NCBI GenBank assembly: GCA_963692915.1
Contig: OY843584.1
Location: forward strand, 256,001-320,000
Length of the DNA stretch: 64,000 nt
DNA from: Cenarchaeum sp.
GTDB lineage: Archaea > Thermoproteota > Nitrososphaeria > Nitrososphaerales > Nitrosopumilaceae
Direction: 5' to 3'
A program made the position numbers and the translations under genes. Positions within the stretch are counted from its first letter, which is position 1. Each line of letters starts with the position of its first letter. Positions 21,563-32,227 of the stretch are shown one piece after another. Below the pieces are notes generated by a model. The model was not told where the DNA came from. It was given only the letters and a program-made list of their open reading frames with translations, and did no database searches.

Positions 21563-23970
21563 TTTATCGCTATTGCTCTTATCGTTTCTATCCCGCGATT
21601 GTCCATTATCTTTACTGCGATTTTTTGTCCACTGCCTGGTTTGAATCTTGGGGATTTTGTTGTTTGTAAAGAATTTAGTATCTCATCTGGAATTGTCACC
21701 TTCAAACTTTTTTGTATGTCTGTTAATTGCTCAATTCTGTCTTTTGATGACGTTGGATAAAATATTTGATTAGGAATAAAACTTCTCCCATCATAATCCG
21801 GATCAATGGCCCACATGATAATTTTATCTTGACCTCCGGATATCACTGACGGCCCCTCATTGGTCAAATTAAAATAATCAAAACCCATTACCTCTACGGC
21901 AATTTCTCCATTTTTATCTATTTTATCAACTTTGATATCTGGATTTCCAATGAGCCAAAATGGTTCACCGCTCGCTTTCTTACGAAGATCTAGCGTCATC
22001 AGGTCTGGATTTGTCTGAACTGTAGTTATCTTCATAGTTGTGTTCATCTTGTCAATAATCTCCTTTGCCACTGTGTCTATGTGGAACGCTGCAAATATGA
22101 GTATATCGGGTTTGGGCTGAAAATGCTCTGCTTCGTTTATGGCACGTTCAACTTGGTGCCTGTTGAGAGCAGCTGTTTCAGGCCCAAACGAAACTAACAC
22201 TCTCTTGCCGTCGTTTGTAAATGCCTCTGCGTGTATCCACCGTGTTGCCTCGTGTGGTATTACTGAACTAAATTCTAGTCGTTTGTTTTCTGGAAGCCGA
22301 ATTCCATTGTGCTCTAGCTCATCACGTAGTATCTGCTGACTTACCACCCATTCATCTTTATTGACTTTATTATCTTTATGAAGTTCATCAATTGATAGTG
22401 CTGAAAGAGCTGGTAACGCCTCTACTGTGAATGGGCCTGTTACTCGTATTTTTTTTGATTCACACACTAATCTATCGACTAATTCTATCTTTGTTGGTGA
22501 TGAGTTGTTCGCTAGCGCAGAAAGGCTTAATTTATCTGCGTATTCACATTCGATTCCATTTGAAACATGTGGACCTTTTAACTTATAGTATCTATATGTT
22601 GCGGTGATCAAACGTTTTCTAGCGATCGCAATTGCGATACGTGATGTATCGCAGGTTATCCACCTTCGTCCAATTTTTTCGGCGACTATTGCTGTGGTTC
22701 CTGAACCGCATGTTGGGTCTAATACCAAATCTCCAGGATCTGTGCTCATATCCATACATCGTCTGATTACTTGTTCTGATGTTTGTACCACATACTTCTT
22801 GCCAGATGTCACGTTGAATGTATCGTGCCACATATTTGGAATTTCTGTGTATGGAAAATCATCGTAATAGCGGATATATGCTAATGACTTGCCCGATCTT
22901 TCTACGCGGTTCTGGATTATGAGATTTTCCATTCCGGCTTGTGTTACTTTCCAACTAACTTTTGGTTCATATTTTTGTTTTTCAAACCTCACTGAAAATG
23001 TTTGCCCTTCTCTAAAACTACTGTGTTCTAATCCAAAAGAAGAAGTAATCACTTTTGCATCTTTATATTTGTGTTCATAATCGTCTTTTGTCACCCTGAC
23101 TCTCTTTATGGTCTTATCTTCATCTACTATTTCGATTCTTTCACGTGATTTGTTGCTAAATGGTTCTCTTTTCTCATATAGCTTGTGATATTTCATTTGT
23201 TGCTTACATTTCGCATACCATATTATATAATCGCTGATTATGGGCATATGTGCTGCTTGTGAATTTCCTGTAGTTCTGAACGATATTATGGAAACATAGT
23301 TCTCTCCTCCAAAAACTTCATTTAATATTGCTTGTACCCAGCCTAGGTTTGTGTCAGAAATCTGAATGAATATAGATCCGCTATCTGCTAAGAGTTCGTG
23401 TGCTATTTTTACACGATCTCTCAAATATGTTAAAAATGAATGTGTTCCAAGCTCCCATGTGTCTCTAAATGCCTTGATGGTTTCTGGTTCGTGGGACAGA
23501 TCTTTTGCTTTATCGGTTTCATTATTTGTTGTATTGTTGATCGTTGGTTGCCAATTACTTGAGTAATTTATTCCGTACGGAGGATCAAAATATATCATCT
23601 GAACTTTTTGGTACATGTGTTCTTTTTTTAACAGTGAGTTCATAACTAGGAGTGAATCTCCGGCAACGAGTCTATTTGACCAGTTTCTTTCAAATTTATA
23701 AAAATTACAAGCATCCGGCAATGTGATTTTTTTATCGTCGTCAAAAAATGGATCAAATGATGCGCAATCTGACAGCATTCGATTTATTAAAATGCTGGGC
23801 TCTATTCTTTCGTGAACATTGAGGGACTGAACCGGAATTACAAATTTGGTATTTTTGTTGGTCCATTCCAATTTTGGATCTACGTGTGGATCATACGAAT
23901 ACTCTGTGGGTTGGGTTCTAAGTTTCTTTGTTCTTTCTACATTTGCTAAACCCACATCTGGTGTGTTCAC
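21559..23970 (-). CDS. mod: Type III R-M methyltransferase Mod subunit (likely true start ATG 24119/24122 is out of frame across G26)
   Basis: GDSLLVM, YFDPPYG (motif IV), LVLDPTCGSGTT (motif I), IAVKIMDNRG C-terminus. Frame stays open upstream of GTG 23970 through the homopolymer. Confidence 0.92.
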   Translation of the reverse strand: MNTPDVGLANVERTKKLRTQPTEYSYDPHVDPKLEWTNKNTKFVIPVQSLNVHERIEPSILINRMLSDCASFDPFFDDDKKITLPDACNFYKFERNWSNRLVAGDSLLVMNSLLKKEHMYQKVQMIYFDPPYGINYSSNWQPTINNTTNNETDKAKDLSHEPETIKAFRDTWELGTHSFLTYLRDRVKIAHELLADSGSIFIQISDTNLGWVQAILNEVFGGENYVSIISFRTTGNSQAAHMPIISDYIIWYAKCKQQMKYHKLYEKREPFSNKSRERIEIVDEDKTIKRVRVTKDDYEHKYKDAKVITSSFGLEHSSFREGQTFSVRFEKQKYEPKVSWKVTQAGMENLIIQNRVERSGKSLAYIRYYDDFPYTEIPNMWHDTFNVTSGKKYVVQTSEQVIRRCMDMSTDPGDLVLDPTCGSGTTAIVAEKIGRRWITCDTSRIAIAIARKRLITATYRYYKLKGPHVSNGIECEYADKLSLSALANNSSPTKIELVDRLVCESKKIRVTGPFTVEALPALSALSIDELHKDNKVNKDEWVVSQQILRDELEHNGIRLPENKRLEFSSVIPHEATRWIHAEAFTNDGKRVLVSFGPETAALNRHQVERAINEAEHFQPKPDILIFAAFHIDTVAKEIIDKMNTTMKITTVQTNPDLMTLDLRKKASGEPFWLIGNPDIKVDKIDKNGEIAVEVMGFDYFNLTNEGPSVISGGQDKIIMWAIDPDYDGRSFIPNQIFYPTSSKDRIEQLTDIQKSLKVTIPDEILNSLQTTKSPRFKPGSGQKIAVKIMDNRGIETIRAIAIK

Positions 23971-24075
23971 ACGTTTTTTATTTTTATGGCGATATGTCTT
24001 GACGCATTTTTCTTGAGGACGTCGTGGTTTTACATTGCTCTTCTTGTTACGTCTACTTTTTGGAGGTGATGGGTT

Positions 24076-24106
<31 letters not shown>

Positions 24107-24221
24107 CGACGGTCTTCATCATTACGCGCCTCGTGTGTGCTGTGTGCCGTTTATTCCTATTTTGCGGTACGAGACTCCAAGAATGTGCGGGTGGCTAACC
24201 TCATGCATGCTGGCCACGCAA

Positions 24222-24860
24222 TCACGATGCCGCAGGCGCGGTCTTTATGCCCTCGACGACGTCACGAAAGTCCTCTAGCCTGATCTGCAGCTCGTCGATG
24301 GCCGCCGAGAGTATCTGTGAGGGCTCTAGTGCGCCAGTCGACTCTACTGTGAGAAGGTGCTCGTCATCAGAGTCGCCCTCGGTGAGGACGGCAATGTTGG
24401 CCGAGTTCCACTTTGCGTGCTCTGTGCCGCGCCCGAGGCGAGCGTACGCCTCGACCTTTACCTTTTGGCCCGGCGCGAGCTGCACTATGGGTATCTTGTC
24501 AGATGACGGCTTTACGTACGTGTCCTGTGAGGTCATGTCAGCAGAGAGTATCGTGCGCGTCTCGTCGGCGACCTCGTCGATCACGAGCATGACCCTGTTT
24601 GAGGACTCGTTGACGTCGATCTCGCGGATGTTCTTGAACTCTGTGAGGTCCGTCTTTAGCGGAATTAGGCCCAGACGGTGCGCAAGCGCCTCGTCTGGAA
24701 GTGATGACGTGTTCTCGATGACGTCGACTGTGTCCACTGCAAACACCATGATCCCGTTGAGGCATATCCGGCGCAGCGCGTTTGCGTACTGGAGGGGGAT
24801 GCCCTTGAGGCGCGCAGTTGCGCGACCGTCCTCCTCCTTTGCTATCTCTATGGATGCCAT
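24222..24860 (-). CDS. rpoD: DNA-directed RNA polymerase subunit D (Rpo3)
   Basis: YANALRR, ENTSSLPDEALAHRLGLIPL, ARLGRGTEHAKW, VESTGAL. Confidence 0.96.
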   Translation of the reverse strand: MASIEIAKEEDGRATARLKGIPLQYANALRRICLNGIMVFAVDTVDVIENTSSLPDEALAHRLGLIPLKTDLTEFKNIREIDVNESSNRVMLVIDEVADETRTILSADMTSQDTYVKPSSDKIPIVQLAPGQKVKVEAYARLGRGTEHAKWNSANIAVLTEGDSDDEHLLTVESTGALEPSQILSAAIDELQIRLEDFRDVVEGIKTAPAAS

Positions 24861-25480
24861 CTTGCAGCCCAAAATGCCCTGATCTCCCCATAAATACCTA
24901 CTAGGGGCACGCGCGCTTTTTGGCGGCCTTCTGTGGCTTTACGGCATTTCTGGCCTTGGGGATCAGGCGGCTGTTCTGTCATGTGCAGGCCCGATCCTGC
25001 AGGTCACATCGGCACCCGCGTCTCGGTTCGCGCCTATCGACCCTGACGGATATCCGCGACCCTGCCCTAGTGCAGACGCCTACCATCATGCGTGCGTGGA
25101 TGTGGAGACTTGGGTCACGGCTCGTCGGCGACGCGGACTGGCCTTGCAGTCGGCATCATGCGCGCGCGAACATTGGATCTTTTGGGTCAGCTGGCACAAC
25201 ACACTACAATGTGCACACCGACACAACCGGTGCGTGCATGTGCGTGCCTGCCCGCAGACCTAGTCGCAAACCGCCCGCCTCGCGCACGAATTCCACGTCG
25301 GTCGGATATGCCGTGCCCTGATATGTTTGGGTGATGCGCACGGCGGCATCCTGGCACGCCAGGGCGAGAAAACCTCCGCGCCGCACGGGTGACTTTGCCC
25401 AATGACTGCCGGTGACGCGCACTGGCCACGCCGCGCGCAGCGCCCACAGATAAATAGGCGTGCAGTCGGGGGGTTGCGAC

Positions 25481-26167
25481 ATGGCCGACATGAGCGTCGT
25501 AAAGTATTCGCACGATGGGGAGCGCTTTGAGATACTCGTAAAGCCAGACCCCGCACTTGACTACAAGCTCGGCAAAAAGTCAGACATCTCGCAGGTTCTC
25601 GTCTCTGATGAGATATACTCGGACTCTGGCCGTGGAACGCGCGCCTCCTCTGAAAAGCTCCTAAAGGCGTTCAAGACAGATGACGCGACTGCGATAGCCG
25701 AGCACATACTAAAGCACGGTGACCTCGGCCTGACGACTGACCAGCGCCGCAAGATGATCGAGGAGAAGCGCAAGAGAATAGTCGACGAGATAGCGCGCAC
25801 GTACGTGGATCCACGATCACACCTGCCCCATCCGCCGATGCGCGTCGAGCAGGCCATGAAGGACGCGCGGATCACGATAGACCCACAAAAGGCCATCCCC
25901 GAGCAGGTCTCGCGTATCGTCGACGAGCTGCGCAGCGTCATCCCGCTAAAGTCTGAGACGATGACCCTGGAGATCATAGTTCCGGCCCAGTATGCGGCCC
26001 AGTCGTACTCTGTCCTAAAGTCAGCCGGCTCGCTAAAGCGAGAAGAGTGGCTACAGAACGGCTCCCTAAAGGCAATACTTGAAATACCCGCCGCATCGCG
26101 GCCCGGCGTGCTAGACAGGCTAGCCTCAGTCACCAAGGGAACGGCGAGCGCCGAGATGCAGAAATGA
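25481..26167 (+). CDS. ribosome maturation factor SBDS
   Basis: GERFEILV, LTTDQRRKM, PHPPMR; heads the exosome operon. Confidence 0.95.
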   Translation: MADMSVVKYSHDGERFEILVKPDPALDYKLGKKSDISQVLVSDEIYSDSGRGTRASSEKLLKAFKTDDATAIAEHILKHGDLGLTTDQRRKMIEEKRKRIVDEIARTYVDPRSHLPHPPMRVEQAMKDARITIDPQKAIPEQVSRIVDELRSVIPLKSETMTLEIIVPAQYAAQSYSVLKSAGSLKREEWLQNGSLKAILEIPAASRPGVLDRLASVTKGTASAEMQK

Positions 26168-26847
26168 CCCCGCATGGCATGCCGCACAAAGTGGTGCCCG
26201 GAGACGTCATCACGCGCGAGGCTCGCAGGGCCGGCGACAATGTCGTCCTCGATGGTGACACGCTTGTCTCCTCGGCCGTCGGCCTCGTCAGCGTGACTGA
26301 TGACACGGTGAGCGTCATGCCCCTTGCCGGCAAGTACATCCCAAAGCCCGATGACCTCATCGTCGGCATGGTCATATCGCACACGTCACAGGCCTGGGAG
26401 CTAGACATCAACGCGCCGTATGTCGGCTTTCTCCTTGCCACTGACGTCTTTGGCCGCGACTTTGCCTCACACGCCGATGAGCTCACCTCAAAGCTCGCCC
26501 TCGGCGACCTCGTGGCAGCCCGCGTCGCCAACTTTGACCGGACGCGCGACCCGCTCATCACGATAGACGACCGTGACCTCGGCAAGATAGACTCTGGCGA
26601 GCTCGTAAAGATGTCGCCGGGCAAGGTCGCAAGCCTCATCGGCAAGCAGGGCAGCATGATCCAGGCCATAGAGACGGCGACTGACGCGGCCATCACGATA
26701 GGGCAGAACGGGTGGGTCGTGATCTCCTGCGACAACCCCGATGGCTTATTAAGGGCCAAAAGGGCAGTTGAGACGATTGAGCAAGAGGCATATTCACCAG
26801 GGCTTATGGACAGGGTCAAGTCCGTCCTTGGGTCGAGGAGCGGATAG
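26164..26847 (+). CDS. rrp4: exosome RNA-binding protein Rrp4
   Basis: VVPGD, YIPKPDDLIVG (S1), LIGKQGSMI, IGQNG (KH). Confidence 0.94.
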   Translation: MTPHGMPHKVVPGDVITREARRAGDNVVLDGDTLVSSAVGLVSVTDDTVSVMPLAGKYIPKPDDLIVGMVISHTSQAWELDINAPYVGFLLATDVFGRDFASHADELTSKLALGDLVAARVANFDRTRDPLITIDDRDLGKIDSGELVKMSPGKVASLIGKQGSMIQAIETATDAAITIGQNGWVVISCDNPDGLLRAKRAVETIEQEAYSPGLMDRVKSVLGSRSG

Positions 26848-26850
26848 GAC

Positions 26851-27585
26851 ATGGGCGGACGGGACACAGACGTCGTACTGCTAGACGCCAATGGCATTCG
26901 CTGTGACGGTCGCAAGATCGACGAGCCTCGCCGCGTAATGATAAAGGCCGGCGTCCTCCACAACGCAAACGGCTCGGCATACATTGAGTTTGGTGACAAC
27001 AAGATAATCGCCGGCGTGTTCGGCCCGCGTGACGTGCACCCAAAGCACCAGTCAAACGCCGAGACGGGGATACTGCGCGTGCGCTACCACATGCAGCCAT
27101 ACTCGGTGACCGAGCGCAAGAGGCCAGCGCCGTCGCGCCGCGAGATCGAGATATCAAAGGTGATAAAGGAGGCGCTCCTGCCGGCAGTCATGCTCGAAAA
27201 GTTTCCGCGGACCGCAGTTGACGTGTTCATTGAGATACTCCAGGCCGATGGCGGCTCGCGTTGCGCGGCCCTTGATGCCGCAGCCGTCGCGCTAGCCGAT
27301 GCGGGAATACCGATGAGGGACATGGTCTCGGCATGTGCTGCCGGCAAGGTTGCTGACACGATCGTCCTTGACGTCAACAACGAGGAGGACCAGGCCGGCC
27401 AGGCCGACATGCCCGTGGCCATAATGCCGTCATCCGGCAAGGTCACGCTCCTGCAGCTCGACGGCGTGCTCAGCGCAGACGAATACAAGCGGTGCGTGCA
27501 GACGGGCATTAACGGGTGCAGGCTAGTCTATGAGATACAGAAAAAGGCGCTAGAGGAGCGCTACTTTGCGGGGGCGAGCCAGTAA
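26851..27585 (+). CDS. rrp41: exosome exonuclease Rrp41
   Basis: RCDGR, GSAYIEFG, PSRREIEISK, LQADGGSR. Confidence 0.96.
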   Translation: MGGRDTDVVLLDANGIRCDGRKIDEPRRVMIKAGVLHNANGSAYIEFGDNKIIAGVFGPRDVHPKHQSNAETGILRVRYHMQPYSVTERKRPAPSRREIEISKVIKEALLPAVMLEKFPRTAVDVFIEILQADGGSRCAALDAAAVALADAGIPMRDMVSACAAGKVADTIVLDVNNEEDQAGQADMPVAIMPSSGKVTLLQLDGVLSADEYKRCVQTGINGCRLVYEIQKKALEERYFAGASQ

Positions 27586-28400
27586 TGGGAACAGTCTCGA
27601 TACTTGACGGCCTAAAGCGCAAGATGGTGACTGACTCGCTGGCCTCCGGGCGCCGTACTGACGGGCGCACGTCAGGCGAGATGCGCGAGCTGACAATAGA
27701 GACGGGCGTCATACCAAAGGCCGAGGGCTCGGCTCGTGTGCGCCTGGGCCGCACCGAGGTCGTCACTGGCGTAAAGGTAAACCCCGACAGGCCGTTTCCG
27801 GACACGGGCGATCGCGGCACGTTCATCTGCACTGCCGAGATTCCGCCGCTGGCACATCCGGACGCCGAGGCCGGTCCGCCAAGCGAGGCTGTCATAGAGC
27901 TCGCGCGCGTCGTCGACCGCGGCATACGCGAGAGCCACATGGTCGACATGTCGCAGCTCGTCATAAAGCGCGACGTCTCAGTCATCGGCGTGTTCACCGA
28001 CAACGCCGTGCTAGACAACGGCGGCAACCTCTTTGATGCGTGCTCGTATGCCTCGACGGCCGCAATCCTCTCGTGCAAGATGCCAGTGTGGGAGATGGTC
28101 GATGACGCGCCAAAGCGCGTCGAGGGCCAGTTGCGCGACCCGCCGATCACGACGGTTCCGGTCTCGGTGACGATGGGCCGCATAGGCGACCACATTGTCG
28201 TGGACCCAAACGCAGACGAGTGGATGTGCCTTGATGCGAGGCTGACGATAACGACAAACTCGGATGGCAACATCTGCGCGCTCCAAAAGGGCGGACGTGA
28301 CGGCTTTACGCCCGAGCAGCTCAACGAGTGCGCCGAGACGGCAATCTCGGTGGGCGCACGCGTGCGCCCAAAGCTAGAGGCGGCCCGTTCGGGTCGGTGA
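27585..28400 (+). CDS. rrp42: exosome protein Rrp42
   Basis: RTDGR, KAEGSARVRLG, ELARVVDRGIRES, GGNLFDA. Confidence 0.96.
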   Translation: MGTVSILDGLKRKMVTDSLASGRRTDGRTSGEMRELTIETGVIPKAEGSARVRLGRTEVVTGVKVNPDRPFPDTGDRGTFICTAEIPPLAHPDAEAGPPSEAVIELARVVDRGIRESHMVDMSQLVIKRDVSVIGVFTDNAVLDNGGNLFDACSYASTAAILSCKMPVWEMVDDAPKRVEGQLRDPPITTVPVSVTMGRIGDHIVVDPNADEWMCLDARLTITTNSDGNICALQKGGRDGFTPEQLNECAETAISVGARVRPKLEAARSGR

Positions 28401-28407
28401 GCGCGCC

Positions 28408-28617
28408 ATGGCCAAGAAAAAGTCACTCAAGGGTCTTGGCACGAGATACGGTATAAAGATCCGCAAACAGTACACAAAGATACACCTACAACTAAAGCAA
28501 AAGCGCGCATGTCCCGAGTGTGGCGCGATGCGCGTCACGCGTGTCGCAGTCGGGATATGGTCGTGCAAAAAGTGTGGCTATACCGTTGCCGGCACGGCTT
28601 ACAATGTCAAGCTCTAG
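28408..28617 (+). CDS. rpl37ae: 50S ribosomal protein L37Ae
   Basis: RYGIKIRK, CPEC, GIWSCKKCG. Confidence 0.94.
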   Translation: MAKKKSLKGLGTRYGIKIRKQYTKIHLQLKQKRACPECGAMRVTRVAVGIWSCKKCGYTVAGTAYNVKL

Positions 28618-28840
28618 TGCGCGCATAGAGGTTCATGCCGGCGAGCTCGCCGGCTCGATCATCGAGTCACTCTCCGGTGAGGGCGGCTATGGCATGACCA
28701 TGGCGCGAGAGGGCGACAAGGTCATCATAGACCTGGACGAGCAGGCACTTCCGCACCTGCGCGCTGCGATAAACTCTGTGCTCCGCCTGGTCCAGGCCGG
28801 CCATGGCGCACTTGACGCGTCTGGCACGCCGCGCGGGTAG
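28604..28840 (+). CDS. pcc1: KEOPS complex subunit Pcc1 (probable)
   Basis: Short protein with LRAAINSVLRLV helix, directly after rpl37ae. Confidence 0.75.
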   Translation: MSSSSARIEVHAGELAGSIIESLSGEGGYGMTMAREGDKVIIDLDEQALPHLRAAINSVLRLVQAGHGALDASGTPRG

Positions 28841-28850
28841 GTGTGCGGGC

Positions 28851-29336
28851 ATGCGCCGTGCGCGCGAGTCACCAGAGGTGCGCAGCCGCATAATGTCGGC
28901 CATACGCTCGACGAACACAAAGCCAGAGATTGCCGTGCGCCGCGCCATCTGGAGCCGCGGCCTGCGCTACCGCATACACGACAGGTCTGTTCCGGGCACG
29001 CCGGACATCTCCAACAGGTCGCGACGCGTGGCCGTGTTCATCGACGGGTGCTTTTGGCACGCGTGCCCCAAATGCTACCGCGAGCCTCGCTCCAACGTGG
29101 CGTTCTGGCGCGCCAAGATATCGCGCAACAGGGCACGGCGAGCCGAGGTCAAAAAGATGCTCAACGTCGATGGCTGGCTCGTCGTGCAGGCCTGGGAGCA
29201 TGAGATTCGGCGCAGCCCCGAGCGTGTTGCTGACCGCATCGAGAGAAAGTTCAGGATCGGCGCAGCACGGGAGCGTGCGGGCCATGGCAGGGGGGCGACA
29301 CGGCGGCGCGCCATGCCGCAACGTGGTCGGTCCTAG
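28851..29336 (+). CDS. vsr: very-short-patch repair endonuclease
   Basis: RSRIMSAIRSTNTKPE, GTPDI, FIDGCFWHAC, FWRAKI, WEHE. Confidence 0.93.
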   Translation: MRRARESPEVRSRIMSAIRSTNTKPEIAVRRAIWSRGLRYRIHDRSVPGTPDISNRSRRVAVFIDGCFWHACPKCYREPRSNVAFWRAKISRNRARRAEVKKMLNVDGWLVVQAWEHEIRRSPERVADRIERKFRIGAARERAGHGRGATRRRAMPQRGRS

Positions 29337-29413
29337 GACTGCGTTCGTGCGCGATCCTGGGATCGGCGGTATGGTTAAAATATAGACCGCCACGAGCCCG
29401 CCTCGAGATCGCC

Positions 29414-30349
29414 ATGACCTTTGCGCACATATCTGACATTCACCTGGGCCAAAAGCAGTATGGCGCCGGGGAGCGCGAGGAGGACATGTATGACGCCTTT
29501 GCCCAGGCCGTCGACATCTCGATCAGGGATCACGTCGAGTTTGTCCTGATCTCCGGCGACCTCTTTGACATGGCCGGCAAGGGCAAGAGGGCAGTCGTGG
29601 AGTTCAGCGCGGCGGCTGCCAGGCTCTCAGACGCGGGCATACGGTCATACTATGTGCTCGGCGAGCACGACACGGCGAGGATAGGCGCAACACCGCTGGA
29701 CTTTGCGCGCAACACGCTGGCTCCGGCAAGGCATGCAGGCGACGGCGAGCCGCTCGTCCACGAGGGGACCATGATCATCGGCTTTGACATGTTCGCCCCT
29801 GACGAGCTAGATCGCGCAAGGGAGGCCATTGCGGCCGCAGGGCGCCTCGCCGGCGCCCACAACGGCAAGAGCGTGCTGCTCATGCACCAGGGGATAATCG
29901 ATGCCACGGGAGTTCCCGGCGAGCTCGGCGTTGACGCGCTGCCCGCACAGTTCTCGTACTATGCGATGGGCCACCTCCATGACCGCTATGAGGCGCGGCC
30001 GGACTCACTCGGCGGCCCAATTGCGTACCCCGGCTCGACAGAGGTCGCCATACACGAGGGCATCAATGGCTCAAAAAAGGGATTCTATGAGGTCGACCTG
30101 TCCGGAGACTCCGCCTCGCTGTCGTGGATTGGCCTGGACACGCGCCCGCACATATCGTTCTCGGCCGAATATGGCGAGCTCGCCTCGCGCGCCGGTGAGA
30201 TTGCGGCAGCGGCAGCGGCGTGCGCAAAAAAGCCAGTCGTGGGCCTGAGCCTCGGGGGCACGTTTGATGCGGCCGAGGCCCGCAGGATTACGGCTCCCAT
30301 ACGCGAGGCCTCGATATGGTGCCAGATAACGTCGGCCGGAAGATCCTGA
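29414..30349 (+). CDS. Mre11/SbcD-like metallophosphoesterase (short form)
   Basis: HISDIHLG, SGDLFD, LGEHD, MHQG, MGHLH, YPGS. Confidence 0.88.
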   Translation: MTFAHISDIHLGQKQYGAGEREEDMYDAFAQAVDISIRDHVEFVLISGDLFDMAGKGKRAVVEFSAAAARLSDAGIRSYYVLGEHDTARIGATPLDFARNTLAPARHAGDGEPLVHEGTMIIGFDMFAPDELDRAREAIAAAGRLAGAHNGKSVLLMHQGIIDATGVPGELGVDALPAQFSYYAMGHLHDRYEARPDSLGGPIAYPGSTEVAIHEGINGSKKGFYEVDLSGDSASLSWIGLDTRPHISFSAEYGELASRAGEIAAAAAACAKKPVVGLSLGGTFDAAEARRITAPIREASIWCQITSAGRS

Positions 30350-30391
30350 GTCGGCATATACTCTTATTGATTGGCCCTGCGCCGCGTGCGC

Positions 30392-31042
30392 ATGGCGCTG
30401 CGCGACCTCGACCTAAAGCAAGAGTACCGCTCTGACCGCGATGACATCGTCCACGGGTTCTTTATCAGGTGCCTTGCAAACTCGGTCAGCTATGACCGCT
30501 CAATAGAGCATGTCTCAGTCAAGAGTCTCACGACGCTTGCGCTAAGCTCGACGAACACGTCTGACATGCGTCTCCGCATAGTGTCGGGAACGAGGTTTCG
30601 CGCATCAGACATTGCGACGCTGAGCAAGATGTTCTCGGATCGTGAGATCGGCCATGCAGGCGAGCGAATGCGCGAGGGCAAGCTTGCGGCTCTGCAGTCG
30701 ATGATTCGCGAGGGGCGCCTGCAGATAAAGGTCGCAATACCGAGCTCTGAGGACATCGTCGGCTCGTTCACCGAGAGGATTGGGATATTTGCCGACGAGG
30801 CCGGAGATGTCGTCGCATTCACGGGAACGTCAAACCGCACGTTTGACTCACAGAGCCTCGATTTTGAGTCCATCGATGTGTTCACGTCATGGGAGGACAC
30901 GTCGCGTGTCGAGACAAAGATACGAGACTTTGGCAAGCTCTGGGCAAACGAGACGCGCTACCTGTCAGTGTGCGATTTTGCGCGCGCCAACTCTGAGAAC
31001 CTTCTAAAGTACTCGTCATCGTGGGCAGTCTCACTTGAGTGA
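30392..31042 (+). CDS. stand-alone PLD-fold domain resembling the N-terminus of restriction/repair SF2 helicases, degenerate HxK
   Basis: LKQEYRSDRDDIV, SFTERIGIF..., VAFTGTSN, FESIDVFTSW, FGKLWAN. Confidence 0.65.
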   Translation: MALRDLDLKQEYRSDRDDIVHGFFIRCLANSVSYDRSIEHVSVKSLTTLALSSTNTSDMRLRIVSGTRFRASDIATLSKMFSDREIGHAGERMREGKLAALQSMIREGRLQIKVAIPSSEDIVGSFTERIGIFADEAGDVVAFTGTSNRTFDSQSLDFESIDVFTSWEDTSRVETKIRDFGKLWANETRYLSVCDFARANSENLLKYSSSWAVSLE

Positions 31043-31594
31043 TGTGTCCTCGCGAGCCTTGTTCTCAGGAAACGTTGATGGCGTTATCTTGTAGTATATG
31101 ACCTCGCCGCGGCCGTCAACGACGGCAACTATTGGCTCCTTTCCCATGCGAGTCATCTCGACGACCTTTTCCTGCAGTGCGCCGGCCGTCTCGCGCGTCC
31201 CGTCACTAAACCCAAAGACGAGGTACTTTGCGCCCTTTTTGCCATAGTCGCCGCGCTCGTACACGCAAAAGTCCGTCCCAAACCCAAAGCCGTCGCGCAC
31301 AGTGTACCCGCGGGCCCGCAGGTCCCTGTATATGAGAAAGCGCTCAAGGGCGCCCTCGGACTTTTTGCGCGCGGCGCGCATGAGCTCGTCAAATCCAACG
31401 GTGCGCTCCCCGCGGCGCATGACGAGTGACCCGCGGTACGCAAGGTAGAGCGCCTCGTGGGCCGCGAGAACCTGCGCCTCGCCGCTCGCCTCGCCGTACC
31501 CGTCGCCTCGCAGCTCGGCCGCGCCAGACCCGCCGGCGACGCTGACTTTGACGCCTGACACCGTGCCGGCAAACCTTGGCTTTTCTGCCTCCAT
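31031..31594 (-). CDS. endA: tRNA splicing endonuclease subunit (probably non-catalytic)
   Basis: EALYL, IYRDLRARGY, GFGFGTDFCVY, AVVDGRGEVIYY. Phe in place of the catalytic Tyr and no His where expected. Confidence 0.85.
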   Translation of the reverse strand: MEAEKPRFAGTVSGVKVSVAGGSGAAELRGDGYGEASGEAQVLAAHEALYLAYRGSLVMRRGERTVGFDELMRAARKKSEGALERFLIYRDLRARGYTVRDGFGFGTDFCVYERGDYGKKGAKYLVFGFSDGTRETAGALQEKVVEMTRMGKEPIVAVVDGRGEVIYYKITPSTFPENKAREDTSLK

Positions 31595-31735
31595 GGGACA
31601 CGCCGCATGCAATTTTTCAATATAAGGATACGCGGGGGACTGCAATGTGGCCACCGTGGGTGTCGCCTGCTAGCCACTCGTTGCCCAACCGGCCTATCAG
31701 GGTTAAATATGGGCGCCATGGCGCGTGGGGACATA

Positions 31736-32227
31736 ATGCACGGGGCAAACTATCGGCACGGCAACGGCCAGCCGTACACGCGCAAAAAGTACATCAAGGG
31801 CAAGCCGCAATCAAAGATCGCAAAGTACCATGGCGGCAAGCCCGGCGAATACGATGTCTGCGTGCAGCTCCTCATACGCGAAAAGGTTCAGATACGCCAC
31901 ATGGCCATCGAGTCTGCCAGGCTCGCGGCCAACAAGACGCTCGAAAAGACGACTGGCGAGACTGGCTACTTTTCGCGCCTTCGAATATACCCGCACGTGC
32001 TACTTCGCGAGAACAAGATGATTGCAGCCGCCGGAGCCGACAGGCTCCAGGAGGGGATGCGCCGCGCGTTTGGCAAGGCCGTCAGCCTCGCGGCTAGACT
32101 ACAGGCCGGCCAGTGCGTCATGGAGATGCACGTCAACCGCGAGCATGTCGAGGCGGCAAAAAAGGCGCTCCACATCGCGTGCATAAAGCTGCCGGGAACG
32201 CCGCTCATACGCGTTATCGAAAACTAG
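31736..32227 (+). CDS. rpl10e: 50S ribosomal protein L10e (uL16)
   Basis: YPHVLLRENKM, GADRLQEGMRRAFGK. Confidence 0.97.
   Translation: MHGANYRHGNGQPYTRKKYIKGKPQSKIAKYHGGKPGEYDVCVQLLIREKVQIRHMAIESARLAANKTLEKTTGETGYFSRLRIYPHVLLRENKMIAAAGADRLQEGMRRAFGKAVSLAARLQAGQCVMEMHVNREHVEAAKKALHIACIKLPGTPLIRVIEN

Noticed and set aside
24900-25460. RNase P or SRP RNA, or a CDS, in the rpoD-SBDS gap
   Set aside because: No P4 or SRP helix-8 signature was found and the ORFs look non-coding; left unannotated.
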